Source: Marinilabiliaceae bacterium (GTDB lineage: Bacteria > Bacteroidota > Bacteroidia > Bacteroidales > Marinilabiliaceae). Taken from it: a DNA stretch of 64,000 nucleotides. Below, piece after piece: positions 34,213 to 43,410 of the stretch (positions are counted from its first letter, which is position 1; each line of letters opens with the position of its first letter). The stretch covers positions 51,205-115,204 of the forward strand of contig JABUTU010000005.1 in assembly GCA_021443545.1 (NCBI GenBank), read 5' to 3'. A program made the translations under genes and the position numbers. The notes beneath the pieces were generated by a model. It was not told the origin of the DNA. It worked only from the letters and a program-made list of their open reading frames with translations, and searched no databases.

Positions 34213-35349
34213 TTAGCTCTTAATCAACATATATCTGCTACCAGGTAGTCCCTTTACAATTCCTATAAATTCCATCTCCAGTAACGTAGCACTCAATTCA
34301 CTGACTCTGACATTACACTCTCGTCCAATCTCATCAGCTGTCTTCTCTCCACTTAGTAAAACATCGTATATCTTACGCTGTTCCTCCGTCAACGACTCCG
34401 CCGTCGGAAAAAGTTCTCCCTGAATTGCTTCATGCGAACTCTCACTGACCCAATTCATCACTTCATCAATATCACTCGCGGAAGTGACGAGTCTGGCCTT
34501 CTGTTGCCTGATAAGGGTATTACACCCTCTTGACATCTCCTGTAATGGCGAACCAGGCATCGCCAATACGACTCTGTTATACTCAATCGCCCTTGCTGTA
34601 GTTATCAATGATCCCCCCTTTTCACCACTCTCAACAACTAACGTAGCATCTGCCATTCCCGCTACAATACGATTGCGACTGATGAAGTTAGGCGCCTCGG
34701 GCTCAATTCCCCTATAATACTCCGTCAGCATAGCCCCTCCTCCCATTACCATCTGCTTCGCAATCTCACGGTGCTGACTCGGATATACCTTGTCCAATCC
34801 ATGAGCAACAACCCCAACCGTCTTAACTCCACACTCCAATGCTGCCTTATGAGCAACAACATCAATCCCATACGCTAAACCACTCACTACAAGCATATCA
34901 GGATGACACTTCGATAACTCTCCAATAACTTCACGACACCACTCCCTTCCATATGCCGTAGGTCGACGTGTTCCAATAACACTCAAGACTATTCTGCTAT
35001 TTAAATCCGCACTTCCCTTAACATACAACACCATCGGCGCATCATCACACATTCTCAATCTGGTCGGATATCGACTGTCAGTCAAAAACAATGCCTCCAC
35101 ATCAAATTTCTCCATCCACTCCACCTCAGACTCAGCCTTCAACAATACCTCTTCTCTCTGTCGAATTATCTCCTTTGCCGTTACTTCTGAAACCGAATCG
35201 ATTTTAATCAAATCAGCCAAATCCATCTCCATCACACCGACAAAACTACCCGCTGCAGCATAGAGATTTCTCCCTATCTTAGGTCCAACTCCCTTGATCA
35301 TTCCAAGAGCTATAGCGTTCAGTATTTCTGCCGTCATAATATAAATCAT
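34213..35349 (-). CDS. dprA: DNA-processing protein DprA (Smf)
   Basis: 378-aa ORF with DprA core motifs: SGLAYGIDVVAHKAAL, GVVAHGLDKVYP, NFISRNRIVAGMADATLVVESGEKGGSLITA and AMPGSP. Confidence 0.9.
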   Translation of the reverse strand: MIYIMTAEILNAIALGMIKGVGPKIGRNLYAAAGSFVGVMEMDLADLIKIDSVSEVTAKEIIRQREEVLLKAESEVEWMEKFDVEALFLTDSRYPTRLRMCDDAPMVLYVKGSADLNSRIVLSVIGTRRPTAYGREWCREVIGELSKCHPDMLVVSGLAYGIDVVAHKAALECGVKTVGVVAHGLDKVYPSQHREIAKQMVMGGGAMLTEYYRGIEPEAPNFISRNRIVAGMADATLVVESGEKGGSLITTARAIEYNRVVLAMPGSPLQEMSRGCNTLIRQQKARLVTSASDIDEVMNWVSESSHEAIQGELFPTAESLTEEQRKIYDVLLSGEKTADEIGRECNVRVSELSATLLEMEFIGIVKGLPGSRYMLIKS

Positions 35350-35853
35350 TATTTAGAAGGCATAGCTATTGCCATACCACCTATTAAAATGTCATTTCCG
35401 CACCTTTGCTTCGTAGTCAAAAACATTCTATATCTCCATAACATTTTTAATATGAGATATTTAGAACTATTGACAACGTCACAACATATCCGCGCATAAC
35501 ATACTCTAATATACTCATTTATCATCTTTTATCCAATTAAAAAGAAAAAAAGATTAGAATTAACAACACCTCGCAAAAATCCTTTATCACAACGGATTAG
35601 ACCCTTTTAACACTGATTTATTGCGATTTTTCTTTCAAATGCGCAACCATACAATCTATCCATATTGATAATAGTTAAATTATAAATAAAAGATTCTTCA
35701 CTCAAACATACTACGACCAACTTTAATTCTACTTTTCTACTACTTTTCTACTACTATGTTTAACATAATACAAGAGGTGCATCATTAAGCATTTCATACA
35801 AGTCAAGGCAGATTAGGCATTTCAATGATGTTGTATAAGAAAACAAAAAGAGC

Positions 35854-35861
35854 TAACTTTG
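35854..35861 (+). promoter_or_regulatory. Candidate Bacteroidetes -7 promoter box (TAACTTTG = TAnnTTTG) for the M23 peptidase/thiL/ruvA unit
   Basis: Exact match to the TAnnTTTG consensus, 48 nt upstream of ATG 35909, inside a 560-bp AT-rich divergent intergenic region. I saw no clear -33 TTTG. Confidence 0.3.
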
Positions 35862-35908
35862 CTATGTAACATATTGGAGTCTTTACTCCTCAGCCACAAC
35901 AAATCAAA

Positions 35909-37168
35909 ATGACTCTCAAACTCTTTATAACATACATTGCATTGATTATACTTTGCTCTTGTTCGAACAATACAAAACACGATTCCAAACCCGCTGAGAC
36001 AATTATTACACCATACAAGCCGACTCTGCTTTATGACCTAAACATTGACTCCTTAGAGGTTGATTATGGAATTGTCAAGAACCATCAGACGATAACCAAA
36101 ATATTGATTGAAGCTGGTCTTTCATACTCTCAGTCGCTTGAAGCTGCAAACTCAATAAACGAAGTATTCGATATTCGCACGATAAGAGCTGGAAACAAAT
36201 ATACTCTCTTCTACTCTACCGACACAACTCACCAATTGTCTCATTTTGTGTACTCCATATCACAGAGGGATTTTGTACACTGCAACCTACGCTCTAACCC
36301 ATATTCTGCATCAATAAAATCTCAATCCGTCACAACCAAAGAGCGTCTGGTCTCAGCAACTATCAATACAAGTCTGTGGAACGCTATCCATGACAATGGA
36401 CTACCCCTTCAATTGGCTCTCGACTTGTCTGATATATACGCCTGGACTATCGACTTTTTCGGCATTGAAAAGGGCGATTCATTCAGCGTGATATTTAACG
36501 AAGATTACGTGGATAGCGCTTCAATTGGCATTAGTAACATTAAAGCAGCAAAATTCATCAGCCACGGATCTCCAATTTACGCTTTCAGCTTCAAATCAGA
36601 CACAACTGAGAGTTATTTCGACTTACAGGGCAATAGCCTTAAGAAAGCATTTCTAAAAGCCCCGTTGAAATATTCTCGCATATCATCACGTTTCTCTAAC
36701 GGACGTTTGCACCCAATTCTGAAAATAAGACGTGCTCACCATGGTATCGACTATGCAGCTCCAAGCGGGACTCCCGTCATGTCGATTGGCGACGGCATTG
36801 TAATAGCCAAAGGATGGGATGCTAAAGGCGGTGGCAATTATGTAAAAATCAAACATAATAGTGTCTACACAACAACATACATGCACCTTAAGAATTTTGC
36901 AAAGAACATAAATCAAGGGTGCCATGTTTCTCAAGGTCAAATGATAGGATCAGTAGGCTCTACTGGTCTCTCTACAGGACCTCATCTCGATTTCAGAGTA
37001 ACTATGAATGGTAAACCCGTCGACCCTCTGTCTATTGAAGCCCCGCCGATTGAGCCTATCTCAAACGATAATATGCAATCGTTCGTCGAGCTTTCTGACA
37101 GTCTTAAAAATATTCTTGACAAAATTGAAACTTTGAAAAACAGCAATAATCATGACGCAGCTTTCTGA
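35909..37168 (+). CDS. M23 (LytM) family metallopeptidase, probable lipoprotein
   Basis: 419-aa ORF with a lipobox-like N-terminus (ALIILCSCS). M23 zinc motifs are present: HHGIDYAAPSGTPV and GSTGLSTGPHLDFRV. Confidence 0.9.
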   Translation: MTLKLFITYIALIILCSCSNNTKHDSKPAETIITPYKPTLLYDLNIDSLEVDYGIVKNHQTITKILIEAGLSYSQSLEAANSINEVFDIRTIRAGNKYTLFYSTDTTHQLSHFVYSISQRDFVHCNLRSNPYSASIKSQSVTTKERLVSATINTSLWNAIHDNGLPLQLALDLSDIYAWTIDFFGIEKGDSFSVIFNEDYVDSASIGISNIKAAKFISHGSPIYAFSFKSDTTESYFDLQGNSLKKAFLKAPLKYSRISSRFSNGRLHPILKIRRAHHGIDYAAPSGTPVMSIGDGIVIAKGWDAKGGGNYVKIKHNSVYTTTYMHLKNFAKNINQGCHVSQGQMIGSVGSTGLSTGPHLDFRVTMNGKPVDPLSIEAPPIEPISNDNMQSFVELSDSLKNILDKIETLKNSNNHDAAF

Positions 37169-38192
37169 TTTAGGCGAATTTGGACTCATAAAACGCATCT
37201 CTGAGGCAATAACCCTTCAAAACCCCTCTTCGCTGATGGGTATTGGTGATGATTGCGCTGTGATAGCTCCTTCTTTAGGAATGCGACAAGTTGTTACTAC
37301 AGACCTGCTCCTTGAAGGAATTCACTTCGACTTGACTTATTGTCCTCTTAAACACTTGGGCTACAAAGCAATTGCAGTAAATCTCTCTGATATATATGCT
37401 ATGAATGCTACTCCAAAACAAGTCACCGTATCCATTGGTGTCAGCAATAAGCTGACTCTGAAGGCTATTGATGACTTATACAATGGTATGCTTCTCGCAT
37501 GCGAACGTTATGGAGTCGACATTGTGGGTGGTGACACTTCTACTTCTATGACTGGCCTTACCATTAGCATTACAGCAATAGGCGAGGCTCTACAAGATAA
37601 ACTCTCTTTCCGCTCTGGAGCCAAACCAAATGATATCGTATGCGTTTCTGGCGACCTTGGCGCGGCTTATATGGGACTTCAACTTCTCGAACGCGAAAAA
37701 CGCGCATTGGCTAATCAGACGGAAGACCAGCAGCAACCTCAATTCGATGGATACGATTATATTCTTGAAAGACAACTTAAGCCCGAGCCTCGTGCCGATG
37801 TCGTGGAATTCCTTAATAAAATCGAGGTCGTTCCAACATCTATGATGGATATCTCCGACGGGCTCTCCTCTGAAATGCTACATATATGCGAATCTTCAAA
37901 CTGCGGATGCCGCATATACGAAGAGAAAATTCCTATCGACCACGTAACACGTAATATGGCAGAAGAGCTCTCTATCAACCCTACTATCGCCGCTCTGAAT
38001 GGTGGTGAAGACTATGAGCTGCTCTTCACTATCAACCAAAATGATTACTCTAAGTTCCAGTCAACTCCTGGCCCCAATATATTTGCTATCGGATATATTA
38101 CCGATAAAGAAAAGGGCAGACGATTAATCACTCAAGGCTCCAATAATGAGCTTGACCTACAGGCTCAGGGTTGGAAAGCTTTTGAAAAATAA
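37152..38192 (+). CDS. thiL: Thiamine-monophosphate kinase
   Basis: 346-aa ORF with ThiL/PurM-like motifs: GEFGLIKRI, GIGDDCAVI, TTDLLLEGIHF, AVNLSDIYAM and IVGGDTSTS. Its start overlaps the preceding stop by 17 nt. Confidence 0.85.
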   Translation: MTQLSDLGEFGLIKRISEAITLQNPSSLMGIGDDCAVIAPSLGMRQVVTTDLLLEGIHFDLTYCPLKHLGYKAIAVNLSDIYAMNATPKQVTVSIGVSNKLTLKAIDDLYNGMLLACERYGVDIVGGDTSTSMTGLTISITAIGEALQDKLSFRSGAKPNDIVCVSGDLGAAYMGLQLLEREKRALANQTEDQQQPQFDGYDYILERQLKPEPRADVVEFLNKIEVVPTSMMDISDGLSSEMLHICESSNCGCRIYEEKIPIDHVTRNMAEELSINPTIAALNGGEDYELLFTINQNDYSKFQSTPGPNIFAIGYITDKEKGRRLITQGSNNELDLQAQGWKAFEK

Positions 38193-38200
38193 TATAAGAG

Positions 38201-38815
38201 ATGATTGCATACATTTATGGCAATGTGGCAGAAGCCACCCCTGCTTATGCAGTAATCGACTGTAATGGTGTCGGTTACATGCTAAATATTTCTCTGACGA
38301 CTTATACTCAGATTCAGAATCTTCAGAAAGTTAAACTTCATGTTCAAGAGGCTATAAGGGAAGACGCTTACAACCTTTTCGGCTTCTTTTCGACAGACGA
38401 ACGTGAAGTCTTCAGATTGCTGACATCTGTCTCTGGCATTGGCGCCAATACCGCCAGAATAATTCTATCTGCATACCAGCCACAAGAGATTAGACGCGCC
38501 ATCATAATGGACGATGTCAACACAATAAAGGGTATAAAAGGAATAGGTCTTAAAACAGCACAACGCATAGTAGTCGATTTAAAAGACAAGATGACTAAGC
38601 TTGAAATGCAAGACGACAACCAGACATCCAGCCTATTCCCACCGATGTCGCAGTCGCCTGTTCGCAATGAAGCCCTATCTGCTCTTGAAGTGCTTGGTTT
38701 TAAGAAAGATGCAGCCCAAAAGGATATAGATGCGATTCTTGCAAAACAACCAGACCTCACTGTCGAACAACTGGTCAAACTTGCTATAAAAGAGATTTCA
38801 ATTAAAAGAAGATAG
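38201..38815 (+). CDS. ruvA: Holliday junction branch migration complex subunit RuvA
   Basis: 204-aa ORF with an N-terminal OB fold (MIAYIYGNV...VIDCNGVGY), two helix-hairpin-helix motifs (SVSGIGANTARIILS and IKGIGLKTAQRIV) and a C-terminal domain. Confidence 0.9.
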   Translation: MIAYIYGNVAEATPAYAVIDCNGVGYMLNISLTTYTQIQNLQKVKLHVQEAIREDAYNLFGFFSTDEREVFRLLTSVSGIGANTARIILSAYQPQEIRRAIIMDDVNTIKGIKGIGLKTAQRIVVDLKDKMTKLEMQDDNQTSSLFPPMSQSPVRNEALSALEVLGFKKDAAQKDIDAILAKQPDLTVEQLVKLAIKEISIKRR

Positions 38816-38832
38816 ATATACAAAATAAAAAT

Positions 38833-38908
38833 CTAAGGGGTGCATCAATACAACTTGATGCACCCCTCTTTATTACCTGTCAGCTATAGAGGATTAAATC
38901 CACTTAAG
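38833..38908. repeat. Direct repeat copy A: duplicate of the glgP 3' end plus terminator
   Basis: It aligns with 40757..40836: ctaaggggtgcatcaatac(a/g)acttgatgcacccct, then ctttatt, then a 16/16 identical attaaatccacttaag. The last 15 nt (38894..38908) still spell LKWI-stop on the minus strand with no gene attached. Confidence 0.8.
38836..38867. terminator. GC-rich hairpin (13-bp stem, 6-nt loop) followed by CTTTATT; acts as the terminator after ruvA
   Basis: aggggtgcatcaa-tacaac-ttgatgcacccct. It is nearly identical to the hairpin downstream of glgP at 40758..40793. Confidence 0.65.
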
Positions 38909-39024
38909 TAATTCTGAATTTTTCACCGCATTGTACTAAAATTCATAAAATCCTGAAAATTAGTTTCAAAACACTTGAGCACCTCATTATTTATTAGTAC
39001 ATTTGTGCTAATAAAAGCGTGGTT

Positions 39025-39645
39025 ATGAGAATTGGTAGGCCGGCAAAGTCCGACACCATTTACAAGATGAGCATCCATACTAACTGAGGGCACCGATATG
39101 CGTCCACCCAACCGCTCACAATCGGTAAGGACGGCAAGAAACACTACACCCACAAGCATTGGGGCATCGTAGACGAGAAGCTGCGTTTCCATCCGGGAAC
39201 GGCATACTTTTATGCCTCCATTGAAGAGAGGTAGAAACTTATATTCCCCAAGGAGTGGGATTTGAGCGAAATAGAGACTCTGTCGGGGACCAGTCGTCGT
39301 GGTCGCATCGCATACGAAGCCAATGACGTTGACAGCCAGTACGGGCCGACTTGGTTTCTGGGACAGGTTGCAGAGAGGACGTGGTTGCTCGATGACCTCA
39401 GGAGTGTGTTCGGAGGCAATATGGAGATGGTAAACGACATTCTCACACTCGCGTATTTTCCCTTCATAGACAATATAACATATTCCCACCTTGCCCAGTG
39501 GCAGCGCGAAGTGAAAGCCCCCTCCGCGCGGCAGCTTACAAGCACGGCCACAACCAGACTTACGCAGAGCATTACCGAAAAGCACAGGATGGACCTGTTC
39601 CGCCTGCGCGCCAAGAGACTGGGGAAAGGCGAGCTATGTGCCGTG
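39025..39645 (+). mobile_element. Degraded N-terminal remnant of a DDE transposase (IS4/IS1634-like; family uncertain)
   Basis: Plus-strand reading needs at least one frameshift and crosses stops: MRIGRPAKSDTIYKMSIHTN* / ..TIGKDGKKHYTHKHWGIVDEKLRFHPGTAYFYASIEER* / ..LDDLRSVFGGNMEMVNDILTLAYFPFIDNITYSHLAQWQREVKAPSARQLTSTATTRLTQSITEKHRMDLFRLRAKRLGKGELCAV. This resembles the pre-catalytic region of Bacteroides IS transposases as I recall them. It stops where the first catalytic D(S/T)TS motif would follow. The segment is visibly more G+C-rich than its surroundings. Confidence 0.5.
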
Positions 39646-39649
39646 ACAA

Positions 39650-40714
39650 CCAATCCAGATTTTCCATAATCATTTTCTCGTTGTTGGCATCAAGAGAGTT
39701 TGTTGCCTCGTCGAAAAAAATATATGGACTATTCTTGTATGCCGCACGGGCTATCAGAATTCTCTGTTTTTGTCCGACACTGACACCATGTCCATCTGCA
39801 CCTATTTTCGTATTGTACCCCATTGGCAACTGCTCTATCCATTCTCTTATATTGGCAATATCGGCAGCATTTCTTACACGTTGCATATCTGGTGTATAAT
39901 CGCATAGGGCTATGTTTTCCGCAATAGTATTTGAAAACAGGACTCCATCTTGCATCACACAACCGCACAATCTGCGCCAACTGCTTTCGCTGTAATTCTG
40001 CATTGCTACACCAGCGAGAGAAACTGTCCCCTCGATTGGCTGATAGAAATCCAGCATCATTTTCAGCATCGTAGTTTTTCCACTGCCAGAAGCTCCCACT
40101 ATAGCCGTAACCTTGCCATGTGGCACTTTTACGGAAATTCCGTCAAGCACCTTCGGGGAATGTGGACCTTCGTATTGAAAGACCACATTGTGAAAAGCTA
40201 AATCTGCGTCTACTGGAATGTCGTGAATTTTCTCAACACCAGCAGGCTCTTCGTCATCGCGGTTGTGAATTTCGCCGAGTCGTTCCATTGATATATTAGC
40301 ATCCTGAGCATCTTGGGTAAAGGAAATAAACTGGCTGACAGGGGCATTAAGTTGACCAATGATGTAGGTAAGTGCTGTCATCATACCGAGCGTCATATTG
40401 CCATCGATGACGAGCTTTGCTGCAAAGAAAGATATGAGAATATTTTTCATCTGGTCTATAAAAGTTCCTCCGATTTGCTGAGTTTGAGAAAGACTGAGTC
40501 CTTTCATACTTATCTTAAAAAGTCTTGCCTGTATTATTTCCCACTCCCATCTTCTCTGTTTTTCGCAATTATTTAGCTTTATATCTTGCATTCCTGCTAT
40601 CAACTGCACAATATTGCTCTGATTGCTTGCTGCCTCTTGAAAGCGCATATAGTCGAGCTTGCGACGCCATTTTAGAAATAACAATACCCAACTTAAAATG
40701 TCTATTTTTAGCTG
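39650..40714 (-). pseudogene. Remnant of a peptidase-domain (C39-type) bacteriocin/peptide ABC exporter, truncated at both ends
   Basis: The frame holds only the last part of the transmembrane domain plus the nucleotide-binding domain: Walker A GASGSGKTT, signature VSVGQKQR and Walker B YIFFDEATNSLD. ABC similarity stops at ..NNEKMIMENLD(W) near 39650, so the H-loop and C-terminus are missing. The frame then reads through into antisense transposase sequence. Upstream it is closed by a stop at 40715..40717, so roughly half of a typical ~700-aa exporter (peptidase domain plus first TM helices) is absent. Confidence 0.75.
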
Positions 40715-40756
40715 TCAAAGTCAGGAAAAAAAGATAGATACACAAAACAGAATAAA

Positions 40757-40836
40757 CTAAGGGGTGCATCAATACGACTTGATGCACCCCTTACTCTTTA
40801 TTCCCTTTCTGTTGTAGCAAATTAAATCCACTTAAG
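40757..40836. repeat. Direct repeat copy B: authentic glgP 3' end plus terminator
   Basis: See copy A. Here the last 15 nt are the real glgP C-terminus (..PLLKWI-stop, stop at 40822..40824). Confidence 0.8.
40758..40793 (-). terminator. Rho-independent terminator of glgP
   Basis: 15-bp stem taaggggtgcatcaa / ttgatgcacccctta with a 6-nt loop. On the minus strand it is followed by TAGTTTATTCTGTTTTG (T-rich). Confidence 0.7.
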
Positions 40837-43365
40837 CAATGGGAAATCCTGCTTATGTGGCAAAAGTACATTTGCTGGATATATGCGAACTCCGAACTTG
40901 AATACACCTGGGAAATTCAAGCCTAATGAGACAGTGAATGTCGATATAGTCCCCTCCGTCTTAACACACGAGAATGGCTCTGCATTAACAATCTTCATCG
41001 AGTTTATATCATTACCTGTTGCGAAGACCAACTCCATTCCAAGCTCAACATCTGGGTTCTTCTTATCCACCTTGACTGTAATAGAATAGGTATCTCCTAA
41101 GCCCAGTTCCTCCTCAGCTATATTAGGCATATCCACACCTACAACCTCAATGGTATCCCATGTAGAACGAACCAAATCCTTCCACTGCGACAAGTCCTTA
41201 GCTGCCTTACAATTGTCAGCCTTTAGCACATTAGTGCGCTTTGCCTGAGGAATATAGAAACGTTGGAGATAATCTGTTATCATTCGCTTTGTGGTAAAGT
41301 CAGGAGCAATACGGCTTATAGAGTTCTTGATATACTTAATCCACGCCTTAGGCACATCATTAGTCTGATCATAATATAGCGGAACAATCTCGTTCTCAAG
41401 CATATGATAGATAATTGACGCATCCAGTTCATCCTGATACTTTGGCTCACTATAGGTCTGCTTATCTGTCAAAGCCCATCCAGCTCCCTCCTTATATCCT
41501 TCATACCACCATCCGTCAAGAACCGAAAAGTTCAAAACACCATTCAACTCAGCCTTCTGACCAGATGTTCCACTTGCCTCAAGTGGTCGCGTTGGCATGT
41601 TCATCCATACATCAACACCACTGACAAGACGACGCGCTAACTCCATGTCGTAATTCTCAAGGAAGATAATCTTACCTAAGAACTCAGGGCGATGCGAAAT
41701 CTCTACAATACTCTTGATAAGAGCCTGACCTCCACCATCTGCAGGGTGTGCCTTTCCGGCAAAGATGAATTGTACCGGTCTCTCTGGATTGTTCACTATG
41801 CGAGACAAACGATCAAGGTCTGAGAAAAGAAGGTGAGCTCGCTTGTATGTAGCAAAACGACGAGCAAAGCCAATGGTCAAGGCATTAGGACGAATTCCTT
41901 CAAGAACTTCCATTACCCGCGATGGATCATCCGTAGCATTCAACGAATTAACCTTGCGTGACTTTACATAGTCAAAAAGTTTTTTCTTCAGTTTCTTACG
42001 AACACTCCAGATTGCATTGTCATCAACCGACTGAATCTTCTCCCAATAGTTCTTATTCGACACGTCCTTCTTCAAGTCAGGATGCAGATTCTCCTCATAG
42101 AAACGCTGCATCTCGCTGGCTGTCCATGTGCCGTAATGTACACCATTAGTCACATAACTTACATGAAGTTCATCTCCAGTAAATCCTGGCCATAAATGCT
42201 TAAACATGTCTTTTGACACCTCACCATGCAACCATGACACACCGTTCATCTCCTGTGATGTATATGCTGCAAGAACCGACATAGAGAATTTACCATCGTT
42301 CTCTCTGCCAAGCTTCATGAAATCCTCCCAAGAGATGTTAAGAAGCTCTGGAACATGATACAGATACTTTGATATTAAACCCTCATCAAACTTGTCATGT
42401 CCAGCAGGTACAGGTGTGTGCGTTGTGAAGAGCGATGAAGCTCTTACGAGTTCGAGCGACTGCGAGTAGGTCAATCCATTGTCGGTATAGTCTATCAAAC
42501 GCTGAACATTAAGCAATGCTGCATGACCCTCATTGCAATGATATACGTCAGACTTTATATTCAATGCATTCAAAAGACGCACACCACCCATACCAAGAAT
42601 CATCTCCTGCTTTAAGCGATTCTCCCAGTCACCACCATAAAGCGAGTGCGTGATTGGACGATCCTCTGCATTATTCAATGGGTGATCCGTATCAAGAAGA
42701 TACAAAGGAACTCTACCTACTTGAGCCTTCCATACCTTCAATTGAACCTGGCGACCTGGGAAATTGATAGCAATAAACATAGGCTTCCCATCGTCTGTTC
42801 TAACCTCTTCGATTGGCAAACTCTGAAACTCTTGTGGTTCATATATCGCTTGCTGCTCTCCATTAATTGATAACGACTGCTTAAAGTAACCATAACGATA
42901 CAAAAGACCAACTGCTACCATATTAACACGAGAGTCAGACGCCTCCTTGAGATAATCTCCTGCAAGAATACCAAGACCACCTGAATATATCTTCAGAATA
43001 TTTGAGAGTCCATACTCCATCGAGAAATATGCTATCGATGGCTGATACTCAAATGGCTGACTCATGTACGCCTGAAACTTGGCATAAATACCATTAAGTT
43101 TTGCGACAAAAAATGAATCTTTCGCCAACTCATTCAATCGTGCATACGACACCTTTTCCAAGAGAAGAATAGGACTCTTCTCAACCTCTTCCCAAAGGGC
43201 CAAGTCTATCGACTCAAATAGTTCTATTGCCTCATAATTCCAACACCACCATAGGTTGCGTGAGATCTCGTGAAGGCAAGACAACTCCTTAGGGAGCTTA
43301 GACTTCACAATAATTGACTTCCATTGTGGCTCCGAAGAGGGAGCAAATTTGTTGTTGTTTTCCAT
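40822..43365 (-). CDS. glgP: Alpha-glucan (glycogen/maltodextrin) phosphorylase, GT35
   Basis: 847-aa ORF with motifs FSMEYGL...IYSGGLGILAGDYLKEASD and the PLP-lysine region RPLEASGTSGQKAELNGV. Confidence 0.9.
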   Translation of the reverse strand: MENNNKFAPSSEPQWKSIIVKSKLPKELSCLHEISRNLWWCWNYEAIELFESIDLALWEEVEKSPILLLEKVSYARLNELAKDSFFVAKLNGIYAKFQAYMSQPFEYQPSIAYFSMEYGLSNILKIYSGGLGILAGDYLKEASDSRVNMVAVGLLYRYGYFKQSLSINGEQQAIYEPQEFQSLPIEEVRTDDGKPMFIAINFPGRQVQLKVWKAQVGRVPLYLLDTDHPLNNAEDRPITHSLYGGDWENRLKQEMILGMGGVRLLNALNIKSDVYHCNEGHAALLNVQRLIDYTDNGLTYSQSLELVRASSLFTTHTPVPAGHDKFDEGLISKYLYHVPELLNISWEDFMKLGRENDGKFSMSVLAAYTSQEMNGVSWLHGEVSKDMFKHLWPGFTGDELHVSYVTNGVHYGTWTASEMQRFYEENLHPDLKKDVSNKNYWEKIQSVDDNAIWSVRKKLKKKLFDYVKSRKVNSLNATDDPSRVMEVLEGIRPNALTIGFARRFATYKRAHLLFSDLDRLSRIVNNPERPVQFIFAGKAHPADGGGQALIKSIVEISHRPEFLGKIIFLENYDMELARRLVSGVDVWMNMPTRPLEASGTSGQKAELNGVLNFSVLDGWWYEGYKEGAGWALTDKQTYSEPKYQDELDASIIYHMLENEIVPLYYDQTNDVPKAWIKYIKNSISRIAPDFTTKRMITDYLQRFYIPQAKRTNVLKADNCKAAKDLSQWKDLVRSTWDTIEVVGVDMPNIAEEELGLGDTYSITVKVDKKNPDVELGMELVFATGNDINSMKIVNAEPFSCVKTEGTISTFTVSLGLNFPGVFKFGVRIYPANVLLPHKQDFPLLKWI

Positions 43366-43410
43366 TTTCCGATTAAGGGATTCTTATCTTACGTTGTATT
43401 GTTGCTTGTT

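Noticed and set aside
35729-35756. Tandem 11-bp repeat (ACTTTTCTACT, about 2.3 copies) in the 560-bp AT-rich dprA/M23 intergenic region. I also considered a small RNA or invertible promoter here.
   Set aside because: It is only about two copies in very AT-rich DNA. I found no flanking inverted repeats, no convincing promoter-terminator pair and no stable hairpin, so there is too little evidence to call a feature.
38368-38823. 151-aa minus-strand ORF.
   Set aside because: It is entirely antisense to the well-supported ruvA and has no motifs.
38923-39653. Minus-strand ORFs of 220 aa (38923..39585) and 147 aa (39210..39653), and the plus-strand ORF 39498..39899.
   Set aside because: They run antisense to, or read through, the G+C-richer transposase remnant and the deletion junction. 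The only recognisable coding similarity in this stretch is the frameshifted plus-strand transposase reading.
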